In this document: positions 26,472 to 39,003 of the stretch, in pieces | How the letters are laid out: every line of letters starts with the position of its first letter | Position numbering within the stretch: the first letter of the stretch is position 1 | Assembly (NCBI GenBank): GCA_002269645.1 | Contig: NIVC01003381.1 | Coordinates: 1-64,000, forward strand | DNA: 64,000 nt | Direction: 5' to 3' | Source: Macrostomum lignano | Lineage: Eukaryota | Notes under the pieces: generated by a model | Told to the model about the DNA's origin: nothing | Seen by the model: only the letters and a program-made list of their open reading frames with translations | The model's database searches: none | Program-made: the position numbers and the translations under genes

Positions 26472-27826
26472 GTAAGACTCTGCCGCACCTGTACCCTCCT
26501 CCCAATGTAGAGTGCCGCTGTTTTGTGCTGGTTTTTTGCATTGCGCCGGCAAAATTTGCTACAACGTCAATATTTGCTTAGTCATACTTAGTCATATTTG
26601 CTTCAACGTTGAGAGTTGAAGTAGCAGTACATTTTCTTATATGGCTAACTTTATGGCCAAATTGTGCAAATTTTTGTTCGCATTTACAGCCCCAATTTTT
26701 TGCTTCGGCCTCGTCATATGCGCTTCTTAAACTTCTTTAATTTTGCTACACTCTGCAAGCCTTGCCTACATCGGAATCAGCTCTATTGAGGCCCACAGAA
26801 ATCCGGCTGCATAATTTATGCAAGTCCGGCAACAACCAACAAACACACACAGGAATTTTCTGATAGCCTTGAAACTTTAGCCTAGACACAGTCGAGCTTC
26901 GAGTCTAAGAAGAAAAGTTTTCTGCATCTCCATTTTTGGTTCGTAAAACTCTCGATCGTATCTGTTTGATAGCAGGAGGGGCTGGCGGGATAAAGAAATC
27001 GGATTAGGAAGGGTAGAGCGGGAAATGAAGCGAATCTCTCTCACACACTCTCTCTCTTTCTCTCTCTGCCGGCCAGTCACAAGGATGCGACTCAGAGAGA
27101 TGGGGAACGGCGAGAGCCGCTTCGGCAACTCTCGCGCCCGACTAATTCAGTTTGAAGGCCGAGGCTTGAACCACATTGTCAGCGTGGGAGTTGAGCAACG
27201 GGGATGGCTGGGTGGGCTGAGGAAATGAAATAGACTGCGGGACTAATGAGCTTCTCTAGCCGGCTTCCCTCAGCCTCTCGCTATACTTCACCTTCAATCT
27301 TCATCAATACTCCCGTCCGTCTCCAAAGTGGAACAGCAACCCCCATCTCCCAGTCGGCTAGCTAGAGATCGATAGCACTTATTGGAAATCGGTGAGCCTT
27401 ACTACGGAGGCTGAGTCTCCCTCACACTACCTACGCCACTCCATCAAAGCCGTGGCTTCATAGCCGATTTTGAGCCCAAAAAAATTATTTATGCATTTTT
27501 ACGAGCCCTGTGCCGCAGCAGTTCTGTAAAGTTTTCAGCTGCTTTTGCTGGTTTTCCATAGCGACCGTTTTCTTTTTCGCTCGCTCTGCTTGCTTTTTTA
27601 TTTCTGCTCCTTCCTGTCTTACTGAAGCATTTATGCAAATTTGACTGACCAGAGCAGGTCTTAGTTTGACACTTTGCTGCTTAGATACCGATTTTTTCTC
27701 TCTCTAGCGTGCTTGAGAATTTCCTGCGAGCTCTCACCACTACTTAGACAGCAAGCGAAAGCAGACTGCTTGCATAGAGACAAACTGAAGCATGAATTTA
27801 CTATGCTTATACAGTTCTCTTTAACG

Positions 27827-27912
27827 GAGTTCGCAGCTCTTGGCACTGATGGAATCGTCGCAGTTGTCTGCTCGGACCCCGCCGGCTCTGTCAGTGTCAA
27901 ATGGGGCGACTC
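27827..27912 (+). ncRNA. mir-96: Pre-miRNA hairpin, miR-96/183/263 family; predicted mature 5p CUUGGCACUGAUGGAAUCGUCG (27839-27860)
   Basis: Seed UUGGCAC at positions 2-8. 27840-27860 pairs with 27880-27900 at 19 of 21 positions (G:U allowed), with a 19-nt loop and a basal stem GAGUUCGC/GCGACUC. Resembles lophotrochozoan miR-96 and fly miR-263b as recalled from memory. Confidence 0.85.
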
Positions 27913-29755
27913 TCTGATCGACGGCTCTGATTAATGTACAGACCCACTTTGCTGTAACCCACAACTTCTATCATCTGCCTGCATGCTGTTCAACTACAAA
28001 AATATACGCTGACAAGACACAACTGTGTGTGCCAATTTTTTGGACAAATTCGGACAAATTCTTCAAAACGAAAACGAGCATTGATTTGTAAACTTCTAAA
28101 AACTCTTAAAACGCATCGTTAGAAAAAGAATTGACCACAAAAACAACTTTCTTTTTAGTTGAAGAAGATGCCCGCTTCACGCCACTGTCGCATGCTACAG
28201 TCTGAAAGGAAAATAAATGAAAGGGGCGAAAAAGGCTTTCGAGGGGCGGTGATGAGGGGGAGGCTAAGGCGACTGGGAGGGCGCGTGTTCTGGCCTCGGG
28301 GGCTCGGGGGGGGGGGGCTCAGAGCTGCGGGGCCACAATCTCTCCTTTCCCCTCCCACCCTGCGTCATTAGCGGCAGGGCGCTCGCGGCACAGGAAATTG
28401 GAGGGAGGGGGGCAGTGAAGGCTAGGAGAGGCGGCTCGCTCCTTCTGCTTCTACATGCATGGCTTGCTGCTTCAAGCCCGACTTTTCTTTTCCTCCTCTT
28501 CTTCCGTCTTCGTCCCAATCAAGTTCGCCAATCACCCTAGGGGGGGGGGGCAGAGGATGGGGAACTGCCTGGCTGCCTGCCTGTCTGCCTTCTTTCAATC
28601 TGCTTGAAGCTGAGCTGTGGCTGTGTCTGCATCTATCTATATGCATATGCACGGATGGGTGTGTGTGTGTACACAAGAGAGCTTTTTGCGCCTAATTGCT
28701 TCGTCCAAGACATTTCGAACTGCTAGTTGCCTGTCAGTCAGCAGCCGGACTTCGCCACCTACCCCAGTATTTAGGCAGCTTAGGTATTTGGGAACTGTTG
28801 GCTATTCAGTTGTGTAGGAGTGAGAGTATATAGTTCTAGTTAGGCCCGACTGATTAACAGCTGCAGGCGGCTGCTGCTTCTACTAAAAGCAGATGGAAGC
28901 AGGTGCAAATTCAATCCGATTTCGTCCACTCGACTAAACTGGGAACAAAGTTTTTTCCTCCAAATTTCGAATTCTCGTTAAAAGCGATAAGGGCAGTGCT
29001 GCGTACTGCGGTTCGAGAGGCTCATAAAATGAGACCCACTCTCTGCAGAGGCAAGAAGTCGAAGCAGCTCAGCTCGAATGTCGAAACACCTTAATTGCCG
29101 CTGTCGTGCCGTCCACCCCTCGTGATTCGGCACGCGAGGACCTTCCTATACCTGCCTTGATGATCCTCAACAGCAAAGCAAAAAGCCCCCTTTCAGTCCC
29201 CCTAATTAATGGGGCAACGTGTGAGCGCGCACGGCCACATAGGTATGCCCGGGGCCTGTCTAATCTAGAACTTATCTACCTACCTAATCTAATCCTTTCC
29301 TTTCCTCCTGTTTTTTTCTCATCAGGGGTATTTTTAGCCTACAGCGAAAGCCAAGTGACATTTACCTGTGGCCTGTTTTGTTCTAAACCTTGACTCCCGC
29401 GTCTCTCATTGCAAGCTAAAAACTCATACACATTATAATTAAGGAGAAGGCCAGAAGTTGAGCTATATAGGCATTAGAGACTGAAGACTTGAAATCCGAC
29501 ACCTGCAACCTACAGAAATGTATGCGCATTTGGTTAGTTTGCCTGCACCCTGCTGTTGTGAAACCTGGCTGGCTGCATTCTGGCAGGAACAAAGTCCTGC
29601 AATTTGGCATACTAGGCTTGTATAGTTACATACGTGAGCGCTGACTCAGTCAAAGCAGTCTTGGCATGTGTATGTGTGACCGTTTACAGCTAATCTAGAT
29701 ATTTTTCAGTGCAATCATAGTTCAGCAAGAACTTTTATAAAAAACATCTATTGAA

Positions 29756-30491
29756 ACCAATATCCCCTTAAACCTCGATGCTCAACCATAAACACTCAAT
29801 TGAGTCCAAGACTGACCATTTCGATTTAAACCTCGATGCTCAACCTTCAAACACCTTGAGCCCATGATTGCCAATACCCCCTTAAAGCTCGATGCTCAAC
29901 CTTTGACACCCTTGCGTTTATGACAATATCCCCTCAAACCTCGATGCTCAACCTTTGACACCCTTGAGTTCATGACAATATCCCCTCAAACCTCGATGCT
30001 CAACCTTTAACACCCTTGAGTTCATGACAATATCCCCTCAAACCTCGATGCTCAACCTTTAACACCCTTGAGTTCATGACAATATCCCCTCAAACCTCGA
30101 TGCGCAACCTTTAACACCCTTGAGTTCATGACAATATCCCCTTAAACCTCGATGCCCAACCTTTAACACCCTTGAGTTCATGACAATATCCCCTCAAACC
30201 TCGATGCGCAACCTTTAACACCCTTGAGTTCATGACAATATCCCCTCAAACCTCGATGCGCAACCTTTAACACCATTGAGTTCATGACAATATCCCCTCA
30301 AACCTCGATGCGCAACCTTTAACACCCTTGAGTTCATGACAATATCCCCTTAAACCTCGATGCTCAACCTTAAAACACCCTTGAGTTCATGACAATATCC
30401 CCTTAAACCTCGATGCTCAACCTTAAAACACCCTTGAGTCCATGACAATATCCCCTCAAACCTCGATGCTCAACCTTAAAACACCCTTGAA
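29756..30491. repeat. 52-bp minisatellite
   Basis: caacctttaacacccttgagttcatgacaatatcccctcaaacctcgatgct period. Confidence 0.95.
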
Positions 30492-31402
30492 CCCGTGGAG
30501 CCATTTGTTTAAACTTCAATGCATTATTGCTTAAGCCTATTTTAATCTCAATTAAGTTAGTTGATAGAATAATTTTTCAGAATCCCAATTCCCCTGAATA
30601 ACCAACAGCAGTGCTGGCCTACTGACCCGCATCCAACCACGTGAAGCGGATCATTCCCAAAGGAAATGTGAATAAGCACGCGAGACCGGTTCACTTCTGG
30701 ATAATTTTGATGTGGAGCCGGGAATCTGAACGCGAACGATGAAAAGGACTCAAAATTTTGGCAGCTGTCGGGGCACAGACGGACCGCTCTGACCTCAGCG
30801 CGGACCAACGGATGCGAGTGGATGTCAATCAGCATGAATGCCTTCCCTCCAGATCCCCAGCTTAGCCTCTCCTATCGATGGGGGGGACTTCTTTTTTCCC
30901 CATCATCTTGCGGTCCAAGCATGAAATTTGATGGCCAGAAAGAGGCGGGAGGCGGGTGCGAGTTCAGCAGTAAAGAGTGATCTCAGCGTTTCTCTTCTGT
31001 CTCGTTGATTTTTTTCTGAAACTCTGAAGTGAAGCCGGTCGCCCCTGCAGTTCAAAGCAGTTCAGTGAGGCCGAGCCCCGTTAAACTCATTGAGTTCACC
31101 TGGCAGCTGCGGCAGCAAAATCTTTTCTTCTCAGACCAAAGTTGAGAGTTGGAAAAACTGGGGCGGGGGGGGGGTAGCTGCTTTGAATTGAAGCGTGCTG
31201 GGATTTTTGTGCACCGGTAGACCATGGCCTGGCCTTGCCCCCCCCCCAGGCATTGCTGAATGGCCATAGCCGGGTCGCAGGAAGACGGAAAACTCTTTCA
31301 GCCGGCTTCCTGTAACCCGCAACTGCCCATGAGTGCTGGATGGAGTCAAGCCGACCGGCCTGCTTAAAAAAGTAAAAAAAAAATTTTCGGAACCTTGGAG
31401 AC

Positions 31403-31440
<38 letters not shown>

Positions 31441-32069
31441 GAAATTCTGATCGAGGGGAGTCTGGCTGATGGGGATGGGGAGGCTGTATAGAGTGACTGG
31501 CGCCCTGATGAGGCTGACTCAGCCTGCAGCCATGCAGCTGCCAGGCTTCCCTTGAATGCTAATCTCCCCCCTCTCCTCTTTGGAAGTCTGGCCACCCTGG
31601 CCCAGATTGAATTAATCAATTAATGCAAGTTATAAACACAGATATGGCCCCGACCTACGTTAGTTATATCCTACCAAAGCAGCCTCCCAAACCTCAGAAA
31701 TCTGTTTGGGCTTTGCTCCGATCGCGCAGCTGTCCGCCAGAGAATCTGCTTTTCCCTCCATTCTTCTGTCTCTGCCTCGCTGCAGCCTCCACTCTACAGA
31801 GTCGCCATTTCCCGTCTGCCCCGTTATCTTCCAGTCGAATGAGTCTCTGCTCTGTCTGCTCATGAGTTATTGATTCGATTTTTGGGAGGAAGGGGGGGTT
31901 AAACTTCATTGCAGCAGTGTCTGGATAAAATTATTCACAGATAAATCTGTTCTGACTGAACTACTTTTACTAGTAGTAGTAATATGCGCTTTCCGCGGCT
32001 AAAAGTTTCGCAAATAATTTATGCTCAAATAAATTATCTTCCCCGAGTTGAAGTTGGCCATGGCTTAAA

Positions 32070-33630
32070 ATCTAATCTACATTTAATCTACATCTACATC
32101 TAATCTAATCTGCATCCAATATAATCTACATTTAATCTACATCTACATCTAATCTAATCTGCATCCAATCTAATCTACGTCTTATCTAATATACATCTAA
32201 TCTAATCTGCATCCAATCTAATCTACATCTTATCTAATCTACATCTTATCTAATCTACATCTAATCTAATCTACATTTAATCTAATCTGCATCCAATCTA
32301 ATCTACATCTAATCTAATCTGCATCCAATCTAATCTAATCTGCATCCAATCTAATCTACATTTAATCTACATCTACATCTAATCTAATCTGCATCCAATC
32401 TAATCTACATTTAATCTACATCTACATCTAATCTAATCTGCATCCAATCTACATCTACATCTAATCTAATCTGCATCCAATCTAATCTACATTTAATCTA
32501 CATCTACATCTAATCTAATCTGCATCCAATCTAATCTACATCTTATCTAATCTACATCTTATCTAATATACATCTAATCTAATCTGCATCTAATCTAATA
32601 TACATCTTATCTAATCTACATCTTATCTAATCTACATCTAATCTAATCTACATTTAATCTAATCTACATTTAATCTACATCTACATCTAATCTACTCTGC
32701 ATCCAATCTAATCTACATTTAATCTACATCTACATCTAATCTAATCTGCATCCAATCTAATCTACATCTTATCTAATCTACATCTTATCTAATCTACATC
32801 TAATCTAATCTACATTTAATCTAATCTACATTTAATCTACATCTACATCTAATCTAATCTGCATCCAATCTAATCTACATTTAATCTACATCTACATCTA
32901 ATCTAATCTGCATCCAATCTAATCTACATCTAATCTAATCTGCATCCAATCTAATCTAATCTGCATCCAATCTAATCTAATCTGCATCCAATCTAATCTA
33001 CATTTAATCTACATCTACATCTAATCTAATCTGCATCCAATCTAATCTACATTTAATCTACATCTACATCTAATCTAATCTGCATCCAATCTAATCTACG
33101 TCTTATCTAATCTACATCTAATCTAATCTACATTTAATCTCATCTACATTTAATCTCATCTACATTTAATCTACATCTACATCTAATCTAGTCTGCATCC
33201 AATCTAATCTACATTTAATCTACATCTACATCTAATCTAATCTGCATCCAATCTAATCTACATTTAATCTACATCTACATCTAATCTAATCTGCATCCAA
33301 TCTAATCTACGTCTTATCTAATATACATCTAATCTAATCTGCATCCAATCTAATCTACATTTAATCTACATCTACATCTAATCTAATCTGCATCCAATCT
33401 AATATACATCTAATCTAATATACATCGAATCTAATCTACATCTTATCTAATCTACATCTAATCTAATATACATCGAATCTAATATACGTCTAATCTAATC
33501 TACATCTAATATAATTTAAATCTAATCTAATCTAATCTACATCTAATATAATCTAAACCTAATCTAATCTAATCTACATCTAATCGAATTTGCATCTAAT
33601 CTAACCTACATTCAATCTAATTTAATCTAA
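32070..33630. repeat. Complex AATCT/ACATCT/GCATCC-based satellite
   Basis: Higher-order mixture of 5-6-bp subunits. Confidence 0.95.
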
Positions 33631-34048
33631 TATAAGTTTTAATTAATTTGAATTCAATCGAACCCACTCTAATCAAGTTAAGTTTAATGTAGATGTCCGC
33701 TCGGCCTTAAAACCAAACAGAGACTGAAAGTTGAAAAATATTTATCAATGCAATCAACTGTATCGCATATTTTCTGAATTCCTAGAGATTAATTTTAAAT
33801 TTTCAATTGCATGAATTCCTCGCATGCCTTCCAGTTGCCTGGATCCCAGTATGCTGAGAATTAAACTTCATAAAGTTATTTAAAATTTTCAATCAATGAA
33901 CCTCTGGAATTCTCGATTCTCAGACAGCAAAAAAGTTAGCTTTAAAAGAATCGGTTTCTGTCAGGATAATAGCAAACACTTTCGATTAAATAAAACAAAG
34001 ATTAAAATCACTCTGTTAAAAATTATTTAATAGACTCAGATCGTAGCT

Positions 34049-36187
34049 ATGAGAGCCCTTACAGTTGCAGCTGCAGTCCTTCTGGTAGCAATCTGTGCTC
34101 AAGCAGACTGGCGGGTGCCCGAATGCCTGCCTGGCAGCTACATGGACTCAAGCAGCCCGCACTACAAGTACTGTCGGCCTTGCCCGCCAGGTCTGTACTC
34201 AAATTCTGTCGGAGCGCCGCGCTGTAAAGCCTGCGACTTGAACTTCGCCATGGCAAGGAAGGAAGGCATGAGCAGGTGTGACTGGTGCTCTGACGGGGCC
34301 ACCACTGAAAACAGCCGCACCTGCCTCAGTGAGTGACAGCGGAGTAGGCAAAGAGGGGCCATGACTCCTCCTAGAAACTGACTCGCTAAAACTGATCATA
34401 AAAATGTACCTCCCTAATAATGTCAATTTTAGAATGTACCCCTCCCTAAGAATGTCTGTTTTAGAATGTACCCCTCCCTAAGAATGTCTATTTTACAATG
34501 GACGCCTCCCTTTGAATTTCTATTTTAGAATGTACCCCTCCCTAATAATGTCTATTTTAGAACGTACCCCTCCCTTAGACTGTCTGTTTTACAATGTACC
34601 CCTCCCTTAGACTGTCTGTTTTAGAATGTACCCCTCCCTAAAAATGTCTATTGTAGAATGGACCCCTCCCTAAGAATGTCTATTTTAGAATGTACCCCTC
34701 CCTAAGAATGTCTGTTTTAGAATGGACCCCTCCCTAAGAATGTCTATTTTAGAATGGACCCTCCTCTAGAATGTCTATTTTAGAATGTACCCCTCCCTAA
34801 GAATGTCTATTTTAGAATGGACCCTCCTCTAGAATGTCTATTTTAGAATGTACCCCTCCCTAAGAATTTCTATTTTAGAATGTACCCCTCCCTTAAACTG
34901 TCTGTTTTAGAATGTACCCCTCCCTTAGACTGTCTGTTTTAGAATGTACCCCTCCCTAAAAATGTCTATTGTAGAATGGACCCCTCCCTAAGAATGTCTA
35001 TTTTAGAATGTACCCCTCCCTAAGAATGTCTGTTTTAGAATGGACCCCTCCCTAAGAATGTCTATTTTAGAATGGACCCTCCTCTAGAATGTCTATTTTA
35101 GAATGTACCCCTCCCTAAGAATGTCTATTTTAGAATGGACCCTCCTCTAGAATGTCTATTTTAGAATGTACCCCTCCCTAAGAATTTCTATTTTAGAATG
35201 TACCCCTCCCTAAGAATGTCTATTTTAGAATGTACCCCTCCCTAAGAATGTCTGTTTTAGAATGGACCCCTCCCTAAGAATGTCTATTTTAGAATGGACC
35301 CTCCTCTAGAATGTCTATTTTAGAATGTACCCCTCCCTAAAAATGTCTATTGTAGAATGGACCCCTCCCTAAGAATGTCTATTTTAGAATGGACCCCTCC
35401 CTAAGAATGTCTGTTTTAGAATGGACCCCTCCCTAAGAATGTCTATTTTAGAATGGACCCTCCTCTAGAATGTCTATTTTAGAATGGACCCCTCCCTAAG
35501 AATGTCTATTTTAGAATGTACCCCTCCCTAAGAATGTCTGTTTTAGAATGGACCCCTCCCTAAGAATGTCTATTTTAGAATGGACCCTCCTCTAGAATGT
35601 CTATTTTAGAATGTACCCCTCCCTAAGAATTTCTATTTTAGAATGTACCCCTCCCTTAGAATTTCTATTTTAGAATGTACCCCTCCCTAATAATGTCTAT
35701 TTTAGAATGTACCCCTTTCTAAGAATGTCTATAAAAAGATTTAAAATGTCACAGAATATCCGTGAACACTCCACCAAAAGCCAAACAAACAAAATTCGCT
35801 CCAGCCAACATCAGGCTGCTGTGCAACCCAAGCGACCCCGGCAGCGAGGTGTGCAGGAAGACAACAGACAGACAGTTCAACACATTCGCCACCATTCCGG
35901 CCGGCTCCACCGTGCGATACCGACTTGAGCGACCGGCCAAGCTGGCCAGCATCACATTTCTAAGAAAAAACGACTGCTGCTCGGACGACGTTGAGGACTT
36001 GAAGATCACCCTGTCGGACAACAGCTGGTGCACTATCAGCAGGGAGAACACTAAACGATGGAGCACTAAGAAGTACGTGCGCATGAATCACTGTACCTCT
36101 CGAGACTATATCGAATTCTTTGAAGTGAGCACTTGGAAACGAAGCGGCAGCGTCACGTTCCGGGAAATCCAGTTTGACAGCTTATAA
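34049..36187 (+). CDS. Secreted 220-aa protein: signal peptide, Eph/TNFR-like Cys-rich repeats and a degenerate F-type-lectin-like domain; exons 34049-34328 and 35805-36187
   Basis: MRALTVAAAVLLVAICAQA signal; CxPGxY..CRPCPPGLYSxxxGxxxCxxC; donor A|GTGAGT and acceptor ctccag|CC join in phase 1; exon 2 contains ITFLRKNDCC. Confidence 0.8.
34410..35730. repeat. 32-bp minisatellite filling the intron of the secreted-protein gene
   Basis: ttttagaatgtacccctccctaagaatgtcta period. Confidence 0.95.
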
Positions 36188-36561
36188 TACATTATAATTA
36201 GCTGAACGGTCAACAGCAACATAACAACTCTTAACAAATATAACTAATTGACGTTGAAAAAACTTGGCGAACGATAATTTTCGAATACGCGGCCAGTTGA
36301 TTTTGTTGCAACTTTTTTATTATTTTTTAATTCAAGTTTCAAAGGATGCTACTGTAAGTAGCGATGCAAAAATAATTTGGCTACATGCGCTTTATTCGAC
36401 AGAGAAAACTTAGAACTTTGGCATTGTGACGCATTTTCACGCAATTAAAATTTAGAAATAAATAAACATTGATGGCGATTTCCAGTGCAATTATTCACAC
36501 TACTCATAGTAGAGAAGAAAACAAGTAGACTATTTACTGTTATAAAATATCTGGTTAACGG

Positions 36562-37694
36562 TCAAAGGATCAAGCTGCTGATGGAGTGCTTTAGTCGGGG
36601 CTTCTCGTTTGACAGCTTAGTCAGCTGCTGGGGCTGCTGCTGAGGTTGGGGCTGGGGCTGGAGCAGCTGGTGCTGGTGCTGGTATTGGACCAGGTGCTGC
36701 TGATGAACCAGCAGCTGCGGCTGCTGCGATGGCAAAGCGCAGGGCTGATGCCGCATCTCCAGCTGGGACTTGCAAACGGTGACCGCGGCGGCTGGCAGGG
36801 CGATGCTCGGAGACTGCTGCTGAAGCTGCTCCATCAGTAGGCGCTGCGAGTCCTCCAGAGCGCGACTGAGCGCCACAATGTAGTTCTTGGCCAGCATCAG
36901 GGTGGCGATCTTTGACAGCTTGCGAACTGATGGTCCGGTCTGCTGTGGCATCACCGATCTGATTGTTGAAGGCGAGGAGAGTTCAGTTTGGATTGACATG
37001 CATTGATAGTTTAAGCCAAAAACATGAGATAGACTTTAGATTTTGCCTTGTCAACAGACTTTGATGAAAAATCTATTGATCTACCAGTCTACCCGCCTGT
37101 CAATCTACCAGTCTACCCATCTATCAATCTACCAGTCTACCTATCTATCAATCTACCAGTCTACCCATCTATCAATCTACCAGTCTACCTATCTATCTAT
37201 CTATCTACCAGTCTACCTATTCTATCTATCTACCAGTCTACCTATCTATCTATCAATCTACCAGTCTACCTATCTATCTATCTATCTACCAGTCTACCCG
37301 CCTATCAATCTATACCAGTCTACCCATCTATCAATCTACCAGTCTACAGCAACAAAGACTCTCCACTTTATCCCCGAGCTTACCTGAGCCCGTCCATAGC
37401 CGCATTAAGGTCGTGCATTCGCTGCCTCTCTCGGCTGTTGATCTTCAGCCGCAGGTCCTGCAGCTCCGAGTCGCTCAGGCCGCGAGCAGCAGCGGCCAAG
37501 GCGCCGCCGCGCCGACGACGCCCGCCTGGAGCGACTCCTGCTGATTTCGTCGACTGACTTTGCGTTCCAGTCGACTTTGCCGCCACCCCAGCGGAGGCGG
37601 GCGGAGCCTCAGCTTCGCTGGTGTCTTCCATATCGCTAGGATGCAGAGAGGACAGCTCAGCCCAGGCTGCCTGACCGCAAGCGCTGTTCGACAT
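36562..37694 (-). CDS. olig: Olig-family bHLH transcription factor, 235 aa; exons 37694-37384 and 36958-36562
   Basis: [28 protein letters not shown]|[27 protein letters not shown] is nearly identical to the Olig2 bHLH; phase-2 GTAAGC/CAG join restores Arg. Confidence 0.93.
37060..37345. repeat. About 24-bp/TATC degenerate array in the Olig intron
   Basis: ctaccagtctacctatctatcaat units. Confidence 0.9.
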
Positions 37695-38237
37695 TGTTGC
37701 GTAGATGAGTCTGGCTCTTAGGATTTGAAAAGATCGAACTGGGATAGCGAAGGCTCAAGCTGGTGAATTTTGACTCTGTGAGCGAACTCAGATGGCGGGC
37801 TTGCCGGGCCTCAGCGGGCCCCATTATTATAACCGTTCCGCGGGTGGGTGGGGAAGGCCTGAGGCGGTCGGGGGGTTGGGAGGGCTGCCGCCTCTGCTCA
37901 GCCAATAGCAGATTGAATACCGATTTTTGTTCCCGGCGCTCGGAGCGTGCTCATGTGAAGCTGGATTCCCTTTTACTCGAACCTGCTTCTAGCAATTCTG
38001 GCTAAGCTTGTTTGAGTCGCGCGTGCTCAATCTGAGATGATGAAGGACCAGTCTCCATTTGTTTAGCATTGCGCAAGATCTGTTTTTAACGTAGTCATTT
38101 TGTATTTATTAATATATTTGTCATTATTATGAAAGTATTTTAATCTTAACAAAGCCGACCACAAGACTGAGAGTGCTTTAGAAGGAGTGACAGAGGCCAG
38201 GTGTGCGAGTTAGGAGTGCCCACTGGAAGTTCTTGAG

Positions 38238-39003
38238 GGGGGCATCACAAACCCAAAATATCACAAGCCCGAAATGTCACAAACCCGAAATGTCACACAC
38301 CCGAAGTATCACAAACCCGAAATATCACAAACCCGAAATATCACACACCCGAAATATCATAACTCTGAAATATCACAATCCCGAAATATCACAAAACCGA
38401 AGTATCACAAACCCGAAATATCATAACTCTGAAATATCACAATCCCGAAATATCACAAAACCGAAGTATCACAAACCCGAAATATCATAACTCTGAAAGA
38501 TCCCAAACCCAAAATATCCCAAACCCGAAATATCATAACTCTGAAAGATCTCAAGCCCAAAATATCCCAAACCCGAAATGTCACAAACCCGAAATATCCC
38601 ATACCCGAAATATCAAAAACCCGAAATGTCACAAACCCGAAATGTCACAAACCCGAAATGTAACAAACCCGAAATATCAAAAACCCGAAATGTCACAAAC
38701 CCGAAATGTCACAAACCCGAAATATCAAAAACCCGAAATGTCACAAACCCGAAATGTCACAAACCCGAAATGTCACAAACCCGAAATATCACAAACCCGA
38801 AATTTCACAAACCCGAAATATCACACACTTAAAATATCAAAAATCCGAAATATCTCAAGCCTGAAGTATCAAAAAACATGAAATATCACAACTTCGAAAG
38901 TCCACACAACGCCCAACGCTATTTTGTTTTTGGAATTATGGAATTTTGGGTTTATCATAGGAAGCGCTTTCGGAGTTTGATTTTTCGGGTTTAAGATGGC
39001 GAC
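38238..39003. mobile_element. Foldback-like element carrying a 16-bp array (acaaacccgaaatRtc)
   Basis: Left end gggggcatcacaaacccaaaa versus right-end reverse complement gggtcgccatcttaaacccgaaa; flanked by degenerate direct repeats (gagtgacagagg..ccactgg at about 38185 and 39025). Confidence 0.4.

Noticed and set aside
27770-27790. TTGCATAGAGACAAACTGA resembles miR-153
   Set aside because: No complementary arm on either side to form a pre-miRNA stem.
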